Notes: a model not told the origin generated them from the sequence alone. DNA of 46,211 bases from Bacteroidota bacterium (GCA_030605195.1 JAUWBB010000001.1:1-46211); one strand, 5' to 3'. Shown: positions 18,696 to 26,201, numbered from the stretch's first letter. A program made the numbers and translations.

Positions 18696-21600
18696 TGAAA
18701 CTTGAAATCAAAAGAGGAATTGTCTGGGATGATTGTTTCTTACCTTCAAAAGATGAATTAAACGAGATTTATGTCAACTTGCACTCGTTTGGAGTGGGAG
18801 ATTTTAATCCCACGGGAGCTTATTGGGCATCTACCGAAACTGCGTTCAATAACGCAGCTTATCAATATTTTGGAAACGGGAATCAGGGAGGTGTTGCTAA
18901 AACAAATACTTATAGTGTTCGCGCATGTCGATCGTTTACTGCGGGGATAGGAGATTATTCATTAAGAGACACGGGTCCTGCAGGCGGGCTAATATTTTAT
19001 ATTGACGGCACGACTTATTATGAAGCCGCACCTTCTGATCAAAGCGCTAGTCAGGCGTGGAGCAATATAACGGACGTTGAAATTGGAACAACAAGCGCGG
19101 CAATAGGTGAAGGACAAAATAACACTGATGAAATAATAGCACAGGCAGGACATATAATAAGCGCCGCGATACTTTGTGATGATTTAGAAGTCATTAACGA
19201 AGTAGTCAATGTAACTGTAAACATTGATGAAAGAACTGTAATGTCACACCGGTTGTTGGGTGAGGATGTTGTTAACGCGACATTTGAATCCACGGCAGCC
19301 CTGGATATTGCCATAAAGGACTATATCGTACACTCCGGAAAAACTTATACTCTAAATAACCTACCTCAAGTTAAGAAGCTCTCAAGCTTTAATTATGAAT
19401 ATACAGCCGTATTTGAAAGTCTCCAATACCAACTATTGAAAACGCAGTATTTATCCTATGGTCTCAGCGAGTTTGATCTTGTAGGAGACGCTGATGATTT
19501 CATGGATTTGATTATAACGAACATGAACCGTGTCGATAGTGGCTGGACCAAGGGAACTGTCAAAACCACTGACTCGATTCATTTAACTTTCCGGGAAGAA
19601 AACTGCCTTGCTGTTATCCAAAGGCTCGCAACCGAGTTTGAATGTGAATTTGAGTTAAGCACCAAGGAAATAAAACTTACCAGCATAGGAGAAGATACAG
19701 GATTGACATTCAGGTATGGCAGAAACAAGGGTCTATATGATTTGACACGCAGCACGGTAAGTTCAAAAAACATAATCACCCGTTTGTATGCTTACGGGAG
19801 TGAAAGGAACCTGGATAAGGATTACAGGGACTATTCAAAAAGACTGATGTTTGCAGCAGCCGGCAGCAACTATGTTGAAAATAATGTAGCTACTTATGGA
19901 CTTATTGAAGCTATCAAGATATTTGAAGAAGTTTATCCTCACAGGGAAGGAACGATCAGTTGGGTACATGCGACTGATGTAAGGATATTCCGGGATAGCG
20001 GGATGGATTTTGATGTTAACAGTTACCTGATCGAGGGAGTAAGCGCGAAGATACATTTTAATACCGGTGATCTTGCAGGGTTCGAGTTCGAGCTGACAAG
20101 TTATGGTAACACGGACAAAGAATTTACATTACTGAAAAACTCCAATGTTCAGGATCACGAGCTGCCAAGTTCCACGTTAAAGCCGGCAATAGGAGATAAG
20201 TACGTGATCCTGGATATTACAATGCCGACAAGTTATATAACGACAGCAGAAACGGAATTACAGACGAAAGCCACCACGTTTATTAACAATAATTCCGATC
20301 CACGTGTTAATTACCTGTTAACAACCGATCCCAAGTATTTCAGGGAAAATGCTATTAGCCTAAAGGTCGGCGACAAGGTTACTGTTGTTGATAGTGACCT
20401 GGGCATAGACAAGCTTGTCAGGATTATCAGGCTCACGCAATCATTGTACGATCTCTATAATTACACGCTTGAATTTTCAGATCAGCTTGAACCTCAACTA
20501 ATTCAAGTGATAATTTCAAACCAGAACGAGGCAGAAAGAAGAATAATAATCAGTGATGTCGGGGATATTTACAAGGCACGAAGAAATTGGAGATCGACAC
20601 AGGAATTACAGAATGTAATATTTGACCCTGATGATTACTTTGATACGGGCAATATCCGACCTTTAAGTATTGAAACTTCAATGCTGACAGTTGCTAATAA
20701 ATCACAGCAATTTTTCCTGAAGGATATTATCCTGCAGCCAAATTACACCGGTGATGCTGCAAAGTTCGAGTCAAGTGCAGGGGATCTTGTACATTTCACG
20801 ATCGAGTCAACTATAAAGACCTGGAACCTTGCTTCAAATAGTTATGGCAGTCTAACAGCAGAAACGGTTTATTACATATACGCGAGGTGCAACCGGTCCA
20901 CGAGTGCAGGGCAGATTATCCTGGATTCAACACAAAGGAAAATTGATGATGGAGACACTTATTATTATTTCTTGATTGGTGTGCTTCATTCAGTCTCGGA
21001 CAGTGTCAGGGTTATTTCATTAACCTATGGCTTCACCCGGATAAGCGGGAAGTTCATAACAACCGGGGAAATTAAATCACAGGACGGGAATACGAAGTTT
21101 AATCTTGACACGGGTGTAATTACAGGTAAGATTACCTTTATAGCAGGAACAGATGGCTACGAAAATATAAGTGATAAGCCAGGTGTAACTAGAACTTTCA
21201 TTCAAGCTACAGCGCCGACACCGGAAAATATTGGTGATCTTTGGATAAGCACGGCTGAAGGAAACCTGTTATATAGATGGAACGGATCAATCTGGGAAGC
21301 CATACAAGATGAGGATGTTGCTCAGGCTCTACTTGATGCAGCAAATGCGCAAACAACAGCCGACAGTAAAATAAAAACTTGGATTCAAGCTACAGCACCC
21401 ACGCCAAGTACGGTAGGGGATTTATGGCTTGATACTGATGATGGGGTATTATATAGATGGAGCGGTTCGATTTGGGAAGAAACAGCAGATAACACGAAAA
21501 CGGTTATTGATGGCGGGCTCATAACATCAGGAAGAATTGAATTGGGATCCGGGGGAACGATCAAGGCAGGAATAAACGGGTACGGGACAGCAGGGGGTGA

Positions 21601-22258
21601 GATACGGATTTGGGCTGGCGCCACGTATGCAAATAGGGCTACAGCACCTTTCAGGGTAAACCAGGATGGCGAGGTAGTTGGAACAAAAGGCACGTTTGGT
21701 GGCTGGACACTTGCTACAGATGCAATTTACACAGGAAGCAAACACACTGAACCAGGATACAGCACGTCAGGTGTGACTCATTCTGCAAGCGGAGGACTAC
21801 ATGCCAAAAAATTTTATATTAATGATGATGGAGTAACCTCTCTTTCCGGCATGCATTTAACGCACCTTATTAACAAAAGCGCAAGTTCAACTACACGACA
21901 TGCTGATGATGCAGAAGAGTCGGTTTTGCAGAGTACACCATGGGTAAAAATAAAACAATTTTCATTCACTCATGGAATACTGGGATCATTCAGGACATTA
22001 TTTCAGGCAAAAAAAGTTGAATACACTTCCGGGAATGTATATGCAAGGATATATAAAAATGGAGTAGCTTACGGAACTCAACAAGTTTGTACTGAGACAT
22101 ACCAGCAGTTTTCGCAGAATTTTACAGTTGATCTTGCACCTGGAAACACTATTGAACTATGGGTTTATGCGGCTTCCGGGAATGATGTTTATGTCAAAGA
22201 GTTTAGAATTGCATATGATAATAATTTTTTAACCGCGGTACCTGTTGTAAACACTTAA
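18695..22258 (+). CDS. tail-associated (Tal-like) / fibre protein with N-terminal DUF1566-like domain
   Basis: N-terminus LPSKDELNEIY...YWASTE...VRACRSF is DUF1566-like. The central region resembles the minor structural protein N-terminal / prophage-tail family. Contains two copies of IQATAPTP..GDLW...YRW.GS.WE. Confidence 0.7.
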   Translation: MKLEIKRGIVWDDCFLPSKDELNEIYVNLHSFGVGDFNPTGAYWASTETAFNNAAYQYFGNGNQGGVAKTNTYSVRACRSFTAGIGDYSLRDTGPAGGLIFYIDGTTYYEAAPSDQSASQAWSNITDVEIGTTSAAIGEGQNNTDEIIAQAGHIISAAILCDDLEVINEVVNVTVNIDERTVMSHRLLGEDVVNATFESTAALDIAIKDYIVHSGKTYTLNNLPQVKKLSSFNYEYTAVFESLQYQLLKTQYLSYGLSEFDLVGDADDFMDLIITNMNRVDSGWTKGTVKTTDSIHLTFREENCLAVIQRLATEFECEFELSTKEIKLTSIGEDTGLTFRYGRNKGLYDLTRSTVSSKNIITRLYAYGSERNLDKDYRDYSKRLMFAAAGSNYVENNVATYGLIEAIKIFEEVYPHREGTISWVHATDVRIFRDSGMDFDVNSYLIEGVSAKIHFNTGDLAGFEFELTSYGNTDKEFTLLKNSNVQDHELPSSTLKPAIGDKYVILDITMPTSYITTAETELQTKATTFINNNSDPRVNYLLTTDPKYFRENAISLKVGDKVTVVDSDLGIDKLVRIIRLTQSLYDLYNYTLEFSDQLEPQLIQVIISNQNEAERRIIISDVGDIYKARRNWRSTQELQNVIFDPDDYFDTGNIRPLSIETSMLTVANKSQQFFLKDIILQPNYTGDAAKFESSAGDLVHFTIESTIKTWNLASNSYGSLTAETVYYIYARCNRSTSAGQIILDSTQRKIDDGDTYYYFLIGVLHSVSDSVRVISLTYGFTRISGKFITTGEIKSQDGNTKFNLDTGVITGKITFIAGTDGYENISDKPGVTRTFIQATAPTPENIGDLWISTAEGNLLYRWNGSIWEAIQDEDVAQALLDAANAQTTADSKIKTWIQATAPTPSTVGDLWLDTDDGVLYRWSGSIWEETADNTKTVIDGGLITSGRIELGSGGTIKAGINGYGTAGGEIRIWAGATYANRATAPFRVNQDGEVVGTKGTFGGWTLATDAIYTGSKHTEPGYSTSGVTHSASGGLHAKKFYINDDGVTSLSGMHLTHLINKSASSTTRHADDAEESVLQSTPWVKIKQFSFTHGILGSFRTLFQAKKVEYTSGNVYARIYKNGVAYGTQQVCTETYQQFSQNFTVDLAPGNTIELWVYAASGNDVYVKEFRIAYDNNFLTAVPVVNT

Positions 22259-22261
22259 GTT

Positions 22262-22591
22262 ATGAAAATAAAGTTAAGCATTAAGGAGAGAATAATATTG
22301 ATGATGCCGGGATTTTTAGTACCCGGGAGCAATATTATCGAGCAACTGTTAATCAGGGGCTTGATGGAATCTGTCGTTATTACACCAAGAGAAATCTCAA
22401 GGATAAAGTTAAAAGAGGGAACGGATGGAGTGAGCCGGTGGGACGTGAAAAAAGAAAAACCGTTCGAGATAGAGCTGACTGAAGAACAGGTTGAAATGTT
22501 GAAAAAATCTGTACAAATTTTGGAACAAAATGATGGTGTTACTCAGGATAATTTGGATTTTTGTATAAGAATTAATAATTTAGTCATCTAA
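22262..22591 (+). CDS. hypothetical tail-module protein (109 aa)
   Basis: Intact ORF 4 nt after the fibre gene. Confidence 0.5.
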   Translation: MKIKLSIKERIILMMPGFLVPGSNIIEQLLIRGLMESVVITPREISRIKLKEGTDGVSRWDVKKEKPFEIELTEEQVEMLKKSVQILEQNDGVTQDNLDFCIRINNLVI

Positions 22592-22603
22592 AATATAGAA
22601 ATT

Positions 22604-22900
22604 ATGGCAAACGAAAGAGTTAATTATTCTATTGGAAACGCTCAATGCCTGATGCCGTCAGGACATCATGAGAGAGTTGACGGCAGTGCTGCTTCTGCAA
22701 CGTCTGGAGAGACGTTTTACTCCGGTCAGGTAGTAAGGATATTCCCGCTTGATACTGTTGCTTATATGAAAATCGGAACAGGAACAGCAACAACTTCAGA
22801 CATTCCTTTTTCTCCTGATGTGCCAGAGTACATAAATTTAAAAACAGACACGAAGCTCACGTTTATAGGAGCAGCTGTTGACTTAACCGTTATGCTTTAA
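22604..22900 (+). CDS. hypothetical structural protein (98 aa)
   Basis: Shares the capsid-type initiation context (TAGAAATTATGGCA). Confidence 0.5.
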   Translation: MANERVNYSIGNAQCLMPSGHHERVDGSAASATSGETFYSGQVVRIFPLDTVAYMKIGTGTATTSDIPFSPDVPEYINLKTDTKLTFIGAAVDLTVML

Positions 22901-22903
22901 ATC

Positions 22904-24145
22904 ATGAATTTAGGGAAAGTTGGTAAATTAATGCCTTTCATCAGTAGTGCTGGTGCTGGTGCTGGTGCTGATATTGTTTTCGAGTCTTCCTGGAAGACTA
23001 ATAATGCCGGGACGAGTAATGATGACCAGATCAGTTTACCGCTTGAAGTATCCGGAACGTATGATTTTAATGTTGACTGGGGTGATGAAAGCTCAGATAC
23101 GATAACGGTTTGGAACCAGGCAGAGGTAACTCACACGTATGCGAGTCCGGGAACGTACACGGTAACGATAACGGTAGTGCCAACTACAGGGATTATTCAG
23201 GGTTGGCGATTTAATAATGCCGGTGATAAGTTAAAAATACTGACAGTAGAGAGCTGGGGTGATCTGCTGGTTGGAAATAACGGCGGTTATTTTTACGGGT
23301 GTGATAATTTGGTTCTTAATGCAACGGATAAGTTGGCGGAAAGCATTATGACGGTGTTCGAGAATGGTTTTCGTGATTGCAGGTCCATGGTATCAATAAC
23401 AGAGGGGTTGTTTGATAATAATCCTTTGATTTATACTTTCAGGTATTGTTTTCGAGCGTGTCCGATAGAGGAAATACCGGAGGGGTTGTTTGATAATCAA
23501 ACAACTGTTAACAGTTTTTACGCATGTTTTAGGGATTGCACTGATTTGTTGGCGATACCTGCGGGGTTATTTGATAATAACGTGACTGTTACAACTTTTA
23601 GTCATTGTTTTTATGCGTGTCCGATAACGGTAATTCCGGAAGGATTATTTGATAATAACGTGAATGTTATTGTATTTGAAGATACTTTTGAGGGTACGTT
23701 AATTACGGAGATTCCGGAGGGATTATTTGATTTGAATGTAGCTGTTACGACTTTCGCGTGGTGTTTTTGTGGAACTTTGATAACAGCGATTCCTGCAGGG
23801 TTATTTGATAATAACGTGTTGGTTACAACTTTTGATAATTGTTTTAATTGGAATGATTTTTTGGTGTCGATCCCGGCCAGATTATTTGATTATAATACGG
23901 ATGTTCTTTCTTTTGAAGGTTGTTTTTGTGATTGTCCGGAGTTAACAGGAATACCGTCCGGGTTATTTGATAATAATACAATTGTTAATAATTTTGGATA
24001 TTGTTTTTATATGAATGGTGCGAATGATTTAACAGGATTAGCTCCTACATTGTGGTTAAGAGAACCGGAACCAACAGGTACTTCTTGTTTTTATAATTGT
24101 TTGGGATTAAGTAATTATTGTGATATCCCTGGGACTTGGAAATAA
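22904..24145 (+). CDS. BspA/DUF285-like 26-residue-repeat protein (candidate receptor-binding accessory)
   Basis: YDFNVDWGDESSD...HTYASPGTYTVTI followed by about 8 repeats of IPEGLFDNNxxVxxFxxCFxxC with a 26-27 aa period. Confidence 0.7.
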   Translation: MNLGKVGKLMPFISSAGAGAGADIVFESSWKTNNAGTSNDDQISLPLEVSGTYDFNVDWGDESSDTITVWNQAEVTHTYASPGTYTVTITVVPTTGIIQGWRFNNAGDKLKILTVESWGDLLVGNNGGYFYGCDNLVLNATDKLAESIMTVFENGFRDCRSMVSITEGLFDNNPLIYTFRYCFRACPIEEIPEGLFDNQTTVNSFYACFRDCTDLLAIPAGLFDNNVTVTTFSHCFYACPITVIPEGLFDNNVNVIVFEDTFEGTLITEIPEGLFDLNVAVTTFAWCFCGTLITAIPAGLFDNNVLVTTFDNCFNWNDFLVSIPARLFDYNTDVLSFEGCFCDCPELTGIPSGLFDNNTIVNNFGYCFYMNGANDLTGLAPTLWLREPEPTGTSCFYNCLGLSNYCDIPGTWK

Positions 24146-24169
24146 CCCGAACTATAACAGAATGATAAT

Positions 24170-24376
24170 ATGAAATTAAAAAAAGTAAAACGGGCAAGCC
24201 TGAATAACTGGTATGAGAAACCTCCACGCATTATAATGAATCTTGGAGATGCATTACACGCGGTTTCATTATTTGCATTAGGATATGCCGCAATTGAAGG
24301 AGCTAAAAATTTAGCTATAATATTTATTATTGTAGGGGCTTTAGGAATCGGTATGCAAAAACTTTTTAAAGAATAA
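24170..24376 (+). CDS. holin-like 2-TM protein (68 aa)
   Basis: Two hydrophobic helices (ALHAVSLFALGYAAI and LAIIFIIVGALGIGM) with a charged C-terminus. Confidence 0.45.
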   Translation: MKLKKVKRASLNNWYEKPPRIIMNLGDALHAVSLFALGYAAIEGAKNLAIIFIIVGALGIGMQKLFKE

Positions 24377-24382
24377 CCAGCA

Positions 24383-24520
24383 ATGAAAATAAAAAAGTCC
24401 CGTTACGAAAAACCTGTATTCGTCAAGGAGAAAAAGCTCACTTTCCCAAAGGAGATTATCGAGAAATTCAATGGTGGTCGCTTTTGTGTCCAGTGCAGCA
24501 GTTGCCATGGCTGTCATTAA
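24383..24520 (+). CDS. 45-aa double-glycine-leader Cys-rich peptide (RiPP/bacteriocin-precursor-like)
   Basis: MKIKKSRYEKPVFVKEKKLTFPKEIIEKFNGG-RFCVQCSSCHGCH. Below the track cut-off; the - strand ORF 24341..24535 covering it is an antisense shadow. Confidence 0.5.
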   Translation: MKIKKSRYEKPVFVKEKKLTFPKEIIEKFNGGRFCVQCSSCHGCH

Positions 24521-24612
24521 GTCAATTTTCCCCATACATTACCATTCAAAACTTTTCTAAGTCGCTTATACAGGCTTACATGAAGTCAATTTAGTGCTAA
24601 AAGCACGAGTAA
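24519..24612. repeat. copy A of a roughly 95-bp dispersed repeat (copy B at 45570..45663)
   Basis: About 80 percent identity by hand alignment. Shared core TAAGTCGCTTAnACnnGCTTACATGAAGTnAATTTA, flanked by AAGTCAATTT. Confidence 0.7.
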
Positions 24613-24730
24613 CCTTCACATGGAGTAAAATTGTTGAAAAGTTGTTCAAAAGACAATTAGGATAAACTCGCAAATAGTTTTAAATTGCGTCACTTTTCTC
24701 ATGATAGTTTAGTTTTGTATTGATGAAGAA

Positions 24731-24762
24731 GGGCACGGACAAAAGTTCGTGCCTTTTTTTTT
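24731..24762 (+). terminator. Rho-independent terminator
   Basis: ggcacg-gacaaaagtt-cgtgcc stem-loop followed by T9. Confidence 0.7.
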
Positions 24763-24891
24763 GTAGTAAAGTCTAAATGGGCAGAAAAGAGATCAAAAAA
24801 AGACTAAAATTATTTATAATCAATATAAATTAACAAGAGTTCGCAAAGCCACTAATATCAAAGGTTACAAGATAGAGGTAACTTTGGTAAA

Positions 24892-24923
24892 TTTGGTAAC
24901 TTTAATAACTTGTCGTATATTTA
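24892..24923 (+). promoter_or_regulatory. candidate early promoter (TTTG-N20-TATATTTA)
   Basis: Same architecture and same TTTGGTAA -33 region as the promoters at 27658 and 41386. Confidence 0.4.
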
Positions 24924-24929
24924 TATTAC

Positions 24930-25190
24930 AAAACAAAGGTTCTTTGAAATGTTGGTAAGGCAAGAATCCAAATCGGAGCAGTCATAATGCAAGGCAAGTG
25001 GTTGGATGGCAATGTTGGAACCCCGAAATGGTAGCTGAAAAGGTAGTCTTTCAAAAAAGTAACTTGAGCATCCAATAGCGTGACGCTATCGGATCGAATC
25101 CGTGGATGTTCACTAATACCAGCGAAAAAGGGTACACCTGAAATAATAAGGGTGGGTGGTTCAACTCCACCCGTTGGTACTAATTTTTTT
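24930..25190 (+). ncRNA. candidate structured leader/ncRNA ending in a tRNA-like T-arm/acceptor minihelix
   Basis: Visibly more G+C-rich than flanking intergenic DNA. Nested complementary segments 24966-77/25099-107 and 25001-08/25069-76. GGGTGG-TTCAACT-CCACCC hairpin (25154-72) enclosed by a 7-bp stem 25118-24/25172-78, then a T7 run. Confidence 0.3.
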
Positions 25191-25211
25191 CACAAACTAA
25201 ATTACAAAGCC

Positions 25212-25544
25212 ATGAAAACAGAAGAAATTTTAAAAACAAGGAAAGATGAAATCATTCAAAAGACATTAGAATTGATGCCTCAAGCCTTATCGGGAGATAA
25301 GGGAAATAGAACATTCTATTTTGAAATTGATGAAAATGGAGATTTAAAAATTGATTATCTCTACTACCTGGGTCTTCGGCAGTTATCAGATAACTGCTTT
25401 TATACGATCAAAGATCATGAAACTCCAGATTCTGAAGAATATGGTTATGATGATTTTGAGGAGATGGATTTTGCTGCATGCGGATATGATGATCAGATAG
25501 AATTTGCTATTGAAGAGAAGATACTTTTATTAGAACAGCAATAA
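25212..25544 (+). CDS. highly acidic small protein (110 aa), first early gene
   Basis: By hand count 28 D/E versus 11 K/R. Start moved from the track's 25080 to the internal Met (25212), because the extension runs through the RNA-like element. Confidence 0.6.
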   Translation: MKTEEILKTRKDEIIQKTLELMPQALSGDKGNRTFYFEIDENGDLKIDYLYYLGLRQLSDNCFYTIKDHETPDSEEYGYDDFEEMDFAACGYDDQIEFAIEEKILLLEQQ

Positions 25545-25552
25545 TCAAAGCT

Positions 25553-25777
25553 ATGAAAACAGAGAAAGAAATACTTAAAGCAATCAAAAATCATCCAGAT
25601 TATTTCTTAACATCTATTATCAAAGAAACAGATGACAATCCTGAAAATGGTTTCTCAAAAAAGGAAGATTGTGCTTCTCATATTGAAAAAGAAAAAACAA
25701 GCTGGGGCTCTAATTTAATAGGATGGATCGAAGAAAAAAATAACCGATTCTATCCATGTTTTAATATTTACGACTAA
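25553..25777 (+). CDS. hypothetical small acidic protein (74 aa)
   Basis: Intact ORF; N-terminus MKTEKEILK parallels MKTEEILK of the preceding gene. Confidence 0.5.
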   Translation: MKTEKEILKAIKNHPDYFLTSIIKETDDNPENGFSKKEDCASHIEKEKTSWGSNLIGWIEEKNNRFYPCFNIYD

Positions 25778-25791
25778 TCTAATTCATAGCT

Positions 25792-25815
25792 GGACTCTCC
25801 CACGGGGGAGGGTCT
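25792..25815 (+). other. strong 10-bp hairpin (possible terminator or RNA stability element)
   Basis: ggactctccc-acgg-gggagggtct with two G-U pairs; no clean U-tract follows. Confidence 0.35.
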
Positions 25816-25835
25816 AACTTTAAAAACCAAAAGTC

Positions 25836-26201
25836 ATGAAAAAGTTATCATTATTTTTATTTCTATTAGGAGTGATCTGCAAGGCAGAGGAACTCCCTGG
25901 AACTTACGTGCAATTCAAGTACGAGGTCATGAACAGACCCGTCAAAAAGCTTAAAATTCCTTGTAGTGGATATTTTACTCGAATCATCAAGGAACCAATC
26001 TTTAAACCAATGTTGATTTTACTAGCAACGGCCTGCACGAATCATACAATGATACGGCATAATTCAAAGCATCAAAGACATGATGTAGCAACAATGGACA
26101 AAAGAACTGCAACCGTGTATTTAACAGGTGTCACGACAAGTATAGTTGTTTACTATTATATTGAGAAAAACAGGAAAAAAAAGAAACCAGGGTCGCACTG
26201 A
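25836..26201 (+). CDS. membrane/secreted protein (121 aa)
   Basis: N-terminal signal-like MKKLSLFLFLLGVICKA, a C-terminal TM segment, then a KKKK tail. Confidence 0.5.
   Translation: MKKLSLFLFLLGVICKAEELPGTYVQFKYEVMNRPVKKLKIPCSGYFTRIIKEPIFKPMLILLATACTNHTMIRHNSKHQRHDVATMDKRTATVYLTGVTTSIVVYYYIEKNRKKKKPGSH

Noticed and set aside
21190-21480. Two roughly 105-bp related segments in the fibre gene (IQATAPTP...GDLW...YRW.GS.WE) as a DGR template/variable repeat pair
   Set aside because: Both copies are in-frame parts of the same gene at only about 70 percent identity. The differences are not restricted to adenines, and no reverse transcriptase is present. This is an ordinary intragenic domain duplication.
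23380-24010. Regularly spaced nucleotide repeats (GGGTTATTTGATAATAA...) as a CRISPR-like array
   Set aside because: The period is about 78-81 bp, the repeats are imperfect, and they lie fully inside a long ORF where they encode the 26-27-aa BspA/DUF285-like repeats. No CRISPR array is seen anywhere in the window.
25118-25179. Calling this a tRNA or tmRNA gene
   Set aside because: Only a T-arm and an acceptor-like stem can be drawn. The 29 nt between them cannot form D and anticodon arms. A CAT-containing loop at 24981-90 has only a 3-bp stem. There is no G3:U70 pair, no tag-peptide frame and no 5' GGGG typical of tmRNA. It is kept only as a tRNA-like element within a candidate ncRNA.
25150-25190. 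attP core containing the 3' end of a host tRNA, implying a temperate phage
   Set aside because: I recognise no integrase, excisionase or repressor anywhere in the window. This cannot be excluded without comparison to host tRNA genes, so it is mentioned only as an alternative in the ncRNA finding.
25080-25211. N-terminal extension of track ORF 25080..25544 (MTLSDRIRGCSLIPAKKGTPEIIRVGGSTPPVGTNFF...)
   Set aside because: It translates straight through the G+C-rich hairpins of the RNA-like element. The internal ATG at 25212 has the same A-rich upstream context and the same MKTE start as neighbouring early genes.
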